Part shown: piece by piece, positions 51,111 to 64,000 of the stretch | Layout: every line of letters begins with the position of its first letter | How positions within the stretch are numbered: the stretch's first letter is position 1 | Source of the DNA: Eledone cirrhosa | Lineage: Eukaryota | Length of the DNA stretch: 64,000 nt | Direction: 5' to 3' | NCBI GenBank assembly: GCA_964016885.1 | Contig: OZ024740.1 | Span: 41,106,001-41,170,000, forward strand | The notes under the pieces: model-generated | Database searches by the model: none | Told to the model about the DNA's origin: nothing | The model's input: only the letters and a program-made list of their open reading frames with translations | Translations under genes and position numbers: made by a program

Positions 51111-51674
51111 GTAAAATGAATTTAGTACTTAGTCGGATATCTCTACGAATTCGAATAAATGGTGTCTCCGGTGAGTATAAAGCCCAATCGCCCTCTCCCT
51201 CTCTTCTGCGGCACCAGAGCTCTTGCCATCCCCTCCATGTTCCGCTCATTTTCTTCTTTCTTTCTCTCCTTCTCTTTATTTTTCTATATTTTTTTCCCTA
51301 TATGTCTCTATCCTTTCTTTCCTTTTATTTCCCCTTCTTTTTTATTATTTCTATATTGAAAATAAGCATGTATATTTGGTTTAAAAGAAACATTAGAAGA
51401 ATATCCAGTTATTCAACACGGCTGTAGTTGTGGCATAACTGTCGGAGATAGTATTCATCTTAAATTTAATGAATAGTCTCCTACATCAAATATGCGACTG
51501 ATCGCGTTGACTGATGTATGTATGTATGTATGTATGTATGTATGTATGTATGTATGTATGTATGTATGTATGTATGTATGTATGTATGTATGTATGTATG
51601 TATGTATGTATGTACGTATGTATGTGCGTGCGTGTGTGAATGTATGTTTGTATGGATGTATGTATGGATGGATG

Positions 51675-51708
<34 letters not shown>

Positions 51709-51769
51709 TGTATGTATGTATGTATGTATGTATGTATGTATGTATATATGTATGTAACATGTAACATGT

Positions 51770-53086
51770 AACTGGTAACATGTATCCCAGTACAAGCTGT
51801 CTCATGGTCGGGTCGTTGGCGACTAAACTGGCAACCCCACTAAGGTTTCTTGGTGAGGAGGGTGACTTTGGACATCCTGCAGGACTAAAAACAAAACCTG
51901 TCAAAGGGCAAAGGAGCTCTTAAGAGTCAATGGCCATCCAAAATCACTGGGAGAGATGACATCTTAGCCTTTGTCAAGGCAGAATTCTAGGAGAATGAAA
52001 ACTCTGATATAACACCTGCAACCCTGATGGTATCCAATGATGTTGACTTGTTCTTCTTTTTGGTAAATATCATCTTGGTTAAGGGAGTGGGACTGGCTTT
52101 GTGCAGTGCCTTTGCTCACTATAAAAGCTTCACGGCACAGGCATTGCTTTATATCTGGAGATCTTTCTGCACTTGTCGTTACATGGTACCATGGGCCCAG
52201 CACTATGTGTCAATAATTGTCACAGGTGTAGTGTTTGTACCGGGGTTTTCAAGTCGCTGGCTGGACTAGAAAGTCATATTCGTTCAGCGTATCGGTGGGG
52301 GTTCTCCTAGATGGATATAAAGTATTGGCTGTACTCGAAAACGAGTTGGCAGCCACCATGTATGTATATGTATGTATGTATATATATGTGTATATGTGTA
52401 TATGTATATATGTATATGTATATATATGTGTATAAGTATGTATGTGTGTATGTATGTGTGTATGTATGTATATGTGTATGTATATATATATATGTGGGAC
52501 AGGTTGTACTGGAATACATGTTACCAGTAGCACCATGGTCGGGTCGTTGGCGACTAAACTGGCAACCCCACCACGGTTTCTTGGTGAGGAGGGTGACTTT
52601 GGACATCCTGCAGGACTAAAAACAAAACCTGTCAAAGGGCAAAGGAGCTCTTAAGAGTCAATGGCCATCCAAAATCACCGGGAGAGATGACCCCTTAGCC
52701 TTTGTCAAGGCAGAATTCTAGGAGAAGGAAAACTCTGATACAACACCACCCTGATGGTAACCAATGATGTTGACTTGTTCTTCTTTTTGGTAAATATCAT
52801 CTTGGTTAAGAGAGTGGGACTGGCTTTGTGCAGTGCCTTTGCTCACTATAAAAGCTTCACGGCACAGGCATTGCTTTATATCTGGAAATCTCTCTGCACT
52901 TGTCGTCACATGGTACCATGGGCCCAGCACTATGTGTCAATAATTGTCACAAGTGTAGTGTTTGTACCAGAGTTTTCAAGTCGCTGGCTGGACTAAAAAG
53001 TCACACTCGTTCAGCGCATCGGTAGGGGTTCTCCTACATGGATATAAAGTAGTGGCCATACTCGAAAACGAGTTGGCAGCCACCAT
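51770..53086 (+). mobile_element. Two head-to-tail copies of a ~590-bp non-coding element with (GTAT)n tails
   Basis: 51803-52359 aligns with 52534-53086; 3' part encodes a decayed C2H2-like C..FKSLAGL..HIR typical of RTE ends. Confidence 0.85.
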
Positions 53087-53504
53087 ATATGTATGTATGT
53101 ATATATGTATGTGTGTATGTGTGTATGTATGTATGTATGTATGTATGTATGTATGTATGTATGTATGTATGTATGTATGTATGTATGTACGTATGTATGT
53201 ATGTGTGTGTGTGTGCGTGTGAATGTATGTCTGTATGTATGTATGGATGGATGTATATACGTATGTATGTATGTATATATGTATGTATGTATGTGTGAGA
53301 GAGAGTGCGTGTGTATATACTTGCTTATATATATATCTATATATATATATACTCTCCTATATACACCTAAGTATATTGAAACAAACATACCACCCGTTTT
53401 TCTTTTCCTATCTGTCTATTGGCTTCGTTTTTTTCAACACCCGGAACTTTTTAATGAAGATTTACGCTTAAGTGGTTTTAACTGTTATAAAGTGCGTTAT
53501 CTTA

Positions 53505-53583
<79 letters not shown>

Positions 53584-53736
53584 TAAGATGTATGGTAGGT
53601 CGTATGTGAATCGCGATGATCACGTCTGACCTACCAAATATGTGACGGTAGCTAGTTAAGCTCTATGCGTATACGCAGAGCTGAAATATTAGTGAAAAAG
53701 AACAAAGGAACTATTATGACATTATAACAAGTTTAT

Positions 53737-53783
53737 TGCCGACAGCCGTTTCGTCCGACCACATGGTGGGACTTTTCAAAGCA
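53737..53783 (-). ncRNA. Minimal hammerhead, U3-A8 core
   Basis: TGCT-TTGAAAA-GTCC..GGAC-GAAA-CGGCTG-TC^-GGCA. Confidence 0.78.
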
Positions 53784-54488
53784 TATAACATGTGATTGTA
53801 AGATCATTATTTACATCAACGTATCACTCAAGGCTAGCAGTTTGAAATTGTGGTATACATCAGCCACTCCGCTTGTATAGTTGGGGTCTATATTCTAAGG
53901 GGGCTCTTTTATATTAGTTGTCGGGGTCAGGGATTGAAGTTTAAAAATTAGATAATATATAATTTACGCATTAACAGTAAACTAAAAGACTTGGGGTCCC
54001 GTAGAAGCACCTTAGAAAATCCCTCAATAAGTGCATAAAGATTACAGGCTCCAATAAACCTACTAGACTAGAAGAAATTAAGAGGCTAATAAAATAAAAA
54101 ATAAAAATATAAAGTTTCCCTAAAAAATATATAAAGTTTCCTATGAAATTCCTTCTAGAGAAAAAATTTTTTTTCCGAAAGAAAATAACCTTCTTCCCCC
54201 GAGATCACGTTTACAAATTTCAGAATACTTACGAAGTTTTGATATTCCCTACTAAGTTGAAAGAAACTAATCAATTAAAGGTTAATTCAAAGAGCCTTCT
54301 ATAATTCTCTCAGAAAAGGCCCCTTTAATATTTTTAATAGGAACTTCTTCCGAGAGACCCTTCGAAGAATTAAAATTTTAGAGAGCCTTTAAGGATATAT
54401 ATAAAAACGAATTTCATCTCTTTTTCTTTATACTTTCACTCGTGTAGGACACCTCGGTTATTTTTCATTTTGTAAAAAAAAACCTCAC

Positions 54489-54575
<87 letters not shown>

Positions 54576-54596
54576 ATATATATATATGTATATATA

Positions 54597-54701
<105 letters not shown>

Positions 54702-54729
54702 ATATATATACACATATACATATGTATAT

Positions 54730-54819
<90 letters not shown>

Positions 54820-54965
54820 ATATATATATATATATTATATAAATATATATATCTGTGTGTGTGGTATATATCTATGTATGTATGTAATTAATTATACTTA
54901 ACTCGTCCGATGGACTGAGTGCTCTAGCCCTTGGATATTTATACAAAATTTGTACTTCTATATAC

Positions 54966-55000
<35 letters not shown>

Positions 55001-55098
55001 AATATAGACATAGAATATTCGAAAATATTCTGTATGTTTATAATAAACATTTTGAAGACCTAATCGCTATAGAATAGAATACGTCACGTTTTATTCCA

Positions 55099-55129
<31 letters not shown>

Positions 55130-55142
55130 ATAATATACATAA

Positions 55143-55298
<156 letters not shown>

Positions 55299-55304
55299 CA
55301 TAAG

Positions 55305-55336
<32 letters not shown>

Positions 55337-56599
55337 ATTATATATATATATATACATATATATATACATATATACATTCACACCAAATCAACTCGAATAT
55401 TGAGGTTTTGAAACGCGAGTGTATTAAAATTCGTAGGAAAATGGAAAAATTAGGCGTAAGGATGCTCTTAAAACAGCAAAATGCTGTGGAAGCAGCGTTG
55501 GGAAAACATTACCTCGAAGGATAGAAATTAGGGGCTGGATGTGAGTTGATCCGAAGAGATGATAGGAAGGAAGAAATACAATGGATGAGAATAGATCACA
55601 GACATTAAAATACGTTTATCAGATTTCAGACATCTTGCAGTTTCAACGATTTACCTGAAATTACTGCGAAGATAGGTGGCTGTTAGCAACAGAGAAATAA
55701 ATATCTTCGTTGATATAATGTTTTCCTACGAATATATATATATACAGAGAGAGAGAGAGGGGGGGGGGCATATAACAAGTTACACTAAAGAGTGTGTACG
55801 AAGAAAACTCATGGGTTTAATTGAGAATTTTATTGCTCTGGTTATCACAAGGAGTTAGCTAACAAATAAAAAAGTCAAATCACTAGATACAAAAATGAAT
55901 GTGCTTGTGTGAGAGGTATTTTTCCTCTACGCCTCAAGCTTTCCTGGATTATTCCTGTTTTATCAACAACTAACGAAAACCTTTATAATGTAGTTGAAGA
56001 TCTTTTAAACAATGACCAACATTGATAGAAATAATTATGTTGGGATATAGACAGAAGGAGCAAATAATATTAAGGAACAACATAATTTGCCATCTCAATT
56101 ATGACTGATTAGTTGGTCAGAGGAAAATGTCTTTAGATAATCCTGTAGCCGTGAAAAGATCTCAAGACAGATTATGTCAATTGTTGAAATGGAATAAAAT
56201 TACATGATACATACTCTACATAGTATATCTTCATAAGATGAAACCAATAAACTTTATCTTTATTTTGCTATTGTTTTGCTATAATTTCGAGATTGTAGCT
56301 GCCACTTTTCAAGCTTCCAATCTTTACACTAGAAAAGTGTATGGAGATCTCCGACAGAGAAAATATCCAAGCTACATAATTAGGGGAGAACTTTAAAGAC
56401 ATCTTTCATCTGGGATAAGAGTTGATTCTATATTAGAAGCAAGAATCCCAACTGAAGTAGTGAAACGGCTCAGAAGTTTGAACATATTCTGGAAAAGTGT
56501 ACAGGAAAATATGAAAATAAATAAATGAATAAATAAATAACTAAATAAATAATTAAACAATGGATAATTGATGGAATAACCAAACCTGTTATCTAAGGA

Positions 56600-56870
56600 T
56601 ATTATAAATTTAAGCAAATCAGTTGCTGATAGATTTGATCTGGTTGCTGATAGATTTGAGATCCTACGACTAATGTTAGAAACTAAGTTTTTAAAGCTAG
56701 CAGTGGGGTGACATGAGGTTTTATTAATATATTTCAATTTTTTTCGTTAGGCTTATCGTATGGTTTATACGAAACTGTTGTTTGGTTTACGTTCACATGT
56801 AGGAAATTTGCATTAGTAAGCCTCACATGAAGGAAACTTGCATTAGTAAGCTTTGTATCAACCGTAATTT
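56600..56870 (-). pseudogene. Penelope-like RT C-terminal fragment
   Basis: ANFLHVNV..YKPYDKPNE / KYINKTSCHPTASFKNLVSNISRRISNLS. Confidence 0.78.
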
Positions 56871-56934
56871 TAAGTCCTAGAGTACTAAATGTGTAAATTA
56901 AATTTTTACGGAATCTGCCCAGAGTCTGTCCGTT

Positions 56935-57228
56935 ACATCATCATCATCATCATCGTCGTCATCATCATCATTTTACGTCCGCTTTTACCTGCTTGCAAGG
57001 GTTGGACGGGTCCTATTCAGCACAGCATCTCTCCATTTGTCACGGTCCTTCGTCATCTCCTCCGTGAGCTTCAGAAATCTGAGGTCTGTTCTCATCACCC
57101 CCGCCCATGTTTTTCGTGGTCTTCCTCTTCTGCGTCTTCCTTCTACAGGCATTTCTTGGCACTTCTTTACCCAGTGGTCATCCTCCATGCGCATCACATG
57201 TCCATACCATCGCAGTCTTCTCTCCCGC
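56935..57228 (-). mobile_element. RTE subfamily B 3' end
   Basis: [26 protein letters not shown]; (GAT)n tail. Confidence 0.92.
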
Positions 57229-57389
57229 AATTTTGTGAAAACGAAAGACCGTCGTCCCAGTATAGACCAAAGGAGTGGTTGAGGAAGACTTTAGCGTATA
57301 ACCTGATAAGATTACAAACATCAGCACTGTTATATGACACCCTGGGGACATTCAAAGAATCATCAGGTTCAGATTTTCTTTACCCAAAT

Positions 57390-57491
57390 AATTGTTTCTA
57401 CTTTTGGCACAAAACAAGCAATTACCCAGTGCATTACTGGTACTTTATTTTATCAACCCCGTAAGGATGAAAGGCAAAGTTAACCTCGGCG
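57390..57491 (-). mobile_element. 5'-truncated SINE with TSD TCTTTACCCAAATAAT
   Basis: Read directly. Confidence 0.88.
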
Positions 57492-57499
57492 TGTCTTTA

Positions 57500-58088
57500 C
57501 CCAAATAATATGGTTACTTAATAGGAGGGTTATACGGGCGTGGAATATAAGGTCATATTCCATGTCGCTGCCATGGAATTCTGAGAAATAGTATGAGCAT
57601 AAGCCAGAGTCAGTGATAAAAAACGATCGAGTGAAGGTGCTGTGAGATTTCAGGATACAAACGGACAAATAATTAGAGCACAATAGGCGTGACCTGGTGG
57701 TTTTTGACAAGGAAAATATGGTTTGATTATAGATATAGCTTGCCGGTTTGACACAACAATGCAGGAAAAGGAGGAGAAAATTAACCGTTATCAGGATTTA
57801 AAGTGGGAACTGCAAAAATGATTTGGAACTCTCACGAGATCAAGGTCGTTCCCATCGTCATAGGGGCACTAGGTACTATCTCAAAGAACTTCTAAGGCTG
57901 GCTAAAGAACATTAGCCTAGCCCCCTTTTTTGGAATACTCCAGGAGGCACGCCTATTGGGAACAGCAAGGACCCTCCGATAAGTCCTGAATATCTGAAGC
58001 TGCAGGTAGCGCCTTGATGTTCTTTAGGGCAACTTTTTCGGTCAAACAACATCAATGACTGAGATATCAAAGTAATAACAATAATAAT
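57500..58088 (+). mobile_element. R4/Dong-like element 3' end (RLE), ending in (TAA)n
   Basis: EHKPESVIKNDRVKVL*DFRIQTD, RRDLVVFD, IIDIAC, RYQDLKWEL, VVPIVIGALG, LLGTARTLR. Confidence 0.85.
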
Positions 58089-58089
58089 A

Positions 58090-58137
58090 GTGATGATGAT
58101 GATGATGTTGACGACGACGGCGACGACGACGACGATG

Positions 58138-58169
<32 letters not shown>

Positions 58170-59410
58170 GATGCTGATGACGACGACGACGATGATGATG
58201 ATGATGATGATGATGGTGATGGTGATGCTGATGATGATGGTGATGATGAAGATGATGGTGGTGGTGGTGGTGGTGATGATGGTGATGTTGGTGATGATGA
58301 TGATGGTGATGATGGTGATGGTGATGATGGTGATGGTGATGGTGATGATGGTGGTGGTGATGATGGTGGTGGTGATGATGGTGGTGATGATGATGGTGGT
58401 GATGGTGATGGTGATGATGGTGATGGTGATGGTGATGATGGTGGTGGTGATGATGGTGGTGATGGTGATGGTGATGATGGTGATGGTGATGATGATGGTG
58501 ATGATGATGATGATGGTGATGATGATGGTGGTGATGGTGCTGATGGTGATGATGAGGATGATGATGATGGTGGTGATGGTGATGATGGTGATGGTGGTGA
58601 TGGTGGTGATGGTGGTGATGGTGATGGTGGTGATGGTGGTGATGGTGATGGTGGTGATGGCGGTGATGGTGATGGTGGTGATGGCGGTGATGGTGATGGT
58701 GATGGTGATGGTGATGATGATGATGGTGATGGTGGTGATGGTGATGGTGGTGATGGTGGTGATGCTGATGATGGTGATGATGATGATGGTGATGGTGGTG
58801 ATGATGGTGATGGTGATGATGGTGATGGTGGTGATGATGGTGATGCTGATGGTGGTGATGATGGTGATGGTGATGGTGGTGATGATGGTGATGGTGGTGA
58901 TGATGGTGATGATGGTGATGCTGATGGTGGTGATGATGGTGATGGTGATGGTGGTGATGATGGTGATGATGGTGGTGATGATGATGGTGGTGATGGTGAT
59001 GATGGTGGTGATGGTGATGGTGATGATGGTGGTGATGGTGGTGATGGTGATGATGATGATGGTGGTGATGGTGATGGCGGTGATGATGGTGATGCTGATG
59101 GTGGTGATGATGATGATGGTGGTGATGGTGATGATGGTGATGGTGGTGATGGTGATGATGGTGATGGTGGTGATGATGGTGATGGTGATGATGGTGGTGA
59201 TGGTGGTGATGGTGATGATGGTGGTGATGGTGGTGATGGTGATGATGGTGATGGTGGTGATGGTGGTGATGGTGATGATGGTGGTGATGGTGGTGATGGT
59301 GATGATGGTGATGGTGGTGATGGTGGTGATGGTGATGATGGTGGTGATGGTGGTGATGGTGATGATGGTGGTGATGGTGGTGATGGTGATGGTGATGGTG
59401 GTGATGATGC
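58090..59410. repeat. 1.3-kb (GAT/GGT) triplet array
   Basis: Direct reading; 60-bp periodicity at 59160-59400. Confidence 0.96.
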
Positions 59411-59544
59411 TGGTTGTAATGGCGTTTAGAATAATAAACGGCAGAAAAGAAAGTAAAAAAGAAACACACTAAGAAACTAATTAAATTTTCACCTTAATTT
59501 ATAGTACAGAAACTAGAGAGCAAACAAGGTATGGCAGGTACTAT

Positions 59545-59597
<53 letters not shown>

Positions 59598-59935
59598 TAA
59601 TAGACACAATAACAACAATAACAACAATTACAACAACAACAATAATAACAACGACGACAACAAAAAACAACAACAACTGCAATAACAACAACAATTACAA
59701 TAACAATAATAACAACGACAACAACAAAAACAACAACAGCAGAAATAACAACAACATAAACAACAATAATAACAATGAACCAAAACAATAACAGTGACAA
59801 CAATAACAACAACAATAATAAGAACAAGACAAACATTGAGAACAGATATCAGATTCTGAAATCAATAAATAAATCTAATCGAAAGACAATACAAACAACA
59901 ACAACAACAATAACAATAATAATAATAACACAAAT
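59545..59935. repeat. (AAC/AAT)n low-complexity tract
   Basis: Direct reading. Confidence 0.9.
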
Positions 59936-60014
59936 AACGGGCAACAAGATAAACGTGATTTGATTGGATGGAAAAAACTCTTCAACTTAATAAAAAAATA
60001 TACGTGTATATATG

Positions 60015-60209
<195 letters not shown>

Positions 60210-60453
60210 ATGTATATTTTTTTTTCTGAAGACAGCATATATATGTGAAGGTATGTATAGTTCCTCTGATAGTTTGTAATATTTTTACATAGATCTATAT
60301 GATATACATACCAACACATATATATCCTAGAAACGATCGTAAAATGATGAATTTTTAATATAAGGAACTTGTTCTTTGTTTTTATTCATTGTTTTTATTA
60401 ATCTTATATATATATATATACAGAAAAACCACAGATCCTCCATCTCAACTCTA

Positions 60454-60490
60454 CTTTTGAAAAGCAGAAGAACTGCGAAACCGGTAAAGG
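60454..60490 (+). ncRNA. Minimal hammerhead, U3-A8 core
   Basis: CTT-TTGAAAA-GCAGaagaaCTGC-GAAA-CCGG-TA^-AAG. Confidence 0.78.
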
Positions 60491-60687
60491 AACCAAATAA
60501 ATATATATATTTAAAAAAAAAATAAGACTCCAGTTGCATTTTCGATTTCATCTTTTTTTCTCTATACTTTCACTCTTGTAGGACACCTCGGTTATTTTTC
60601 ATTTTGTAAAAAATATATATATATGGAAAACGAAGAATCAACCGGCATACCGCCTATGGACGCATCCTAGCAACCATACTATATATA

Positions 60688-60774
<87 letters not shown>

Positions 60775-60889
60775 GGAAAAAATGAAATTTCATTTCTCAC
60801 TCTTAGTACGGCTGATACTTAAATATAAGTATGTATACATACATACATATATGTATACAGACGTACAGTAGTATGTATATACATACATG

Positions 60890-60928
<39 letters not shown>

Positions 60929-60931
<3 letters not shown>

Positions 60932-61875
60932 CGTTATTCCGGGTTGAATCGGAGGTAACCACAGTAAGTAAGGTACTCAATACATTGCAGAGTATAAAAG
61001 TTTTAATATAGATGAGATTCTACAGGACTAGAACTGTTTCATTCTTTAGAAATCATCAGGAATCTGGGTATCAAAAAATAAGTATGGTATTTATACAAGT
61101 GGTAGAAGAGGGTGGGGAGTGGGATGGGTGTAGGTCATTGGTTGATAGAAAAGGGATTTCATTAAAAGCTAATTCTACAAAGCTATAGTTTATTTTTATT
61201 TTTATTTTTATTTATTTTTGTTTTTAAAGTAACAAAGGCAGACAGAATTCTATAAACAGGTTCAGGAGGCATGCCATTCCTTATTATTAAGTTTCTCTTA
61301 AGCTAACAGGTGTCTATAAGATCAGTGGGGGGTCAATCATGGTAGATAGATTTAAAGGAAAGGGAGATTCTTTAAAAGCTAAAATCATTAAGGTTCTACT
61401 AAGTGACAAAGGTTTAGAGAATTCTGTAGACAAATTCAGAATATTGAGTGCATATCTTACAATTATCCTCAAATTACTCTTAAACTATTCAACTATATGC
61501 CAAAAAACAACAGACACATTCACAAGACACACTCACTCACACACTCGCGCGCACCCATAAACACACATACACAGACACACATATATACACAGACACACAT
61601 ATAAATATATTTATATATAAATAAATAAACATACACATACATACACATACATACACACACATACATACACACATATATACACACACATATATATATATAT
61701 ATACATATACATACATATACATATATATATATACACATGCACACACACATATATATATACATACATATATGTTCTAGTCCTGTAGAATCTCATCTATATT
61801 AAAACTTTTATACTCTGCAATGTATTGAGTACCTTACTTACTGTGGTTACCTCCGATTCAACCCGGAATAACGTA
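60929..61875 (-). mobile_element. HHR-bearing pLTR-like element with inverted terminal copy (family of 36120-36710)
   Basis: 60929-61035 is inverted at 61771-61875; HHR 61015-61065 (-) is identical to 36344-36394. Confidence 0.85.
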
Positions 61876-61887
61876 CATACATATATA

Positions 61888-61921
<34 letters not shown>

Positions 61922-61947
61922 CATATACATATATAAAAAAAATATAA

Positions 61948-61996
<49 letters not shown>

Positions 61997-62064
61997 CACA
62001 CATATATATACATACATACATATATACACATACATATATATATATATATATATAATATACACAT

Positions 62065-62111
<47 letters not shown>

Positions 62112-62262
62112 CACATACATATACATATATACACACACACACATACATACATATACATATATATACACACATACACACACATACCCATATACACATGTGC
62201 ACACACACACATACAAACACATACATATACATACACATACATATACACACATACACACACAC

Positions 62263-62315
<53 letters not shown>

Positions 62316-62403
62316 CACACATATATATACATACATACATATATACACATACATATATATATATATATATACACATACACACACATATATATATATATAT
62401 ATA

Positions 62404-63666
62404 TACATTATGAAGAGAGAAGAAACATTTAGATATAATTAGTAATAAAATGTATCATACCTAAACTGTTCCTAAATTCCTCGACTACGTAGTTTCGTGG
62501 CATAAACAAAAACAATATATCAAAGATATAGAGTCCTTGCGAGGTCTGCCGACTTATCAAGAGGATACCTCATTTTACTAGTCTCAAGAACGCGTCTACA
62601 CGACGTGAGAAAGAATCCCAAAAGGCGGAGGGGGAGATAGTCACGCGATATAACGGTCGAGAAACAGAGCTAAGCCTCTTATAACCACGAAGAAAATACC
62701 ACGGAGGCGGAGGGGGTATTCATATCGAGGCCGTAGAAGAGGTAGTGAAGAAGGCGAGAAGTATGAGTAATGGAAGCTTTCCAGTTGTCCCCACACCTCA
62801 AAGATTGCTCGACCAGAGGGAGTTATTAATATATTTAGAAACACACAGATACATGCGGACACACACATATATACATGAATGCATCCGCACCCAACTGTGA
62901 GTTAAGGGTGCCAACTTCACCGATGTTGCTCAATGAATGACTGGGACAGACCAATTCAGTTTGAACCAGACTGAACCAGTATCAGAGTTAAAAATACATT
63001 ATGAAGAGAGAAGAAACATTTAGATATAATTAGTAATAAAATGTATCATACCTAAACTGTTCCTAAATTCCTCGACTACGTAGTTTCGTGGCATAAACAA
63101 AAACAATATATCAAAGATATAGAGTCCTTGCGAGGTCTGCCGACTTATCAACTTCTCGCCTTCTTCACTACCTCTTCTACGGCCTCGATATGAATACCCC
63201 CTCCGCCTCCGTGGTATTTTCTTCGTGGTTATAAGAGGCTTAGCTCTGTTTCTCGACCGTTATATCGCGTGACTATCTCCCCCTCCGCCTTTTGGGATTC
63301 TTTCTCACGTCGTGTAGACGCGTTCTTGAGACTAGTAAAATGAGGTATCCTCTTGATAAGTCGGCAGACCTCGCAAGGACTCTATATCTTTGATATATTG
63401 TTTTTGTTTATGCCACGAAACTACGTAGTCGAGGAATTTAGGAACAGTTTAGGTATGATACATTTTATTACTAATTATATCTAAATGTTTCTTCTCTCTT
63501 CATAATGTATTTTTAACTCTGATACTGGTTCAGTCTGGTTCAAACTGAATTGGTCTGTCCCAGTCATTCATTGAGCAACATCGGTGAAGTTGGCACCCTT
63601 AACTCACAGTTGGGTGCGGATGCATTCATGTATATATGTGTGTGTCCGCATGTATCTGCGTGTTTC

Positions 63667-63672
<6 letters not shown>
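62404..63672. mobile_element. Non-coding HHR element, 591-nt monomer, tandem plus inverted copies
   Basis: TACATTATGAAGAG at 62404 and 62995; flip at ~63151; the inverted copy runs across the monomer junction. Confidence 0.9.
63348..63435 (+). ncRNA. Type I hammerhead, U3-A8 core (copies at 62478-62565 minus and truncated 63069-63151 minus)
   Basis: TCCTC-TTGATAA-GTcGGCA..TGCCAC-GAAA-CTACGTAG-TC^-GAGGA. Confidence 0.85.
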
Positions 63673-63720
<48 letters not shown>

Positions 63721-64000
63721 CACATACATATACATATATACACACACACATACATACACATACATATATATACACACATACACACACATACCCATATACA
63801 CATGTGCACACACACACATACAAACACATACATATACATACACATACATATACACACATACACACACACACACAAATATATACACATACAAATAAATATG
63901 TACTCAATAAATATACGCATATACGCAGGCACATAAAAACACCTCTACAAGCAGAAAATGTAGATAGGTAAGAGGTACTCACATAACCATAGTGGCCGTA

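Noticed and set aside
55040-55095. Hammerhead-like TTGAAGA..CGTC with stem I
   Set aside because: GAAA core and stem II are missing; too degenerate to call
55380-56500. Possible decayed LINE coding sequence (also 37810-38230)
   Set aside because: Only vague motif resemblance; cannot be assigned without an alignment

Overview
AT-rich eukaryotic (animal) genomic DNA dominated by repeats. The (TA)n/(CA)n/(TATG)n microsatellite load and the SINE and RTE families suggest an octopod cephalopod; this is inference. I cannot support any host protein-coding gene, and most ORFs in the track are microsatellite artefacts. Recognisable coding remnants are all retroelements: RTE LINEs (one near full-length copy at ~13.8-17.7 kb with a C4HC3 PHD-like finger inside the RT), CR1, L1/Tx1, CRE, R4/Dong and Penelope-like (PLE) RT and GIY-YIG fragments. 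There are also about 16 copies of a tRNA-derived SINE, three MITEs, several minisatellites, and two multi-kb triplet arrays. The main signal not shown by the ORF track is about 18-20 type I hammerhead ribozyme (HHR) motifs from many unrelated sequence families, all identified by eye. Several lie in non-coding 430-630 nt circularly permuted monomers arranged as partial tandem plus inverted copies inside (TA)n tracts (pLTR/retrozyme-like). At least four families carry a compensated U3-A8 core instead of C3-G8. Inversion junctions and perfect palindromes repeatedly break inside the ribozyme fold.
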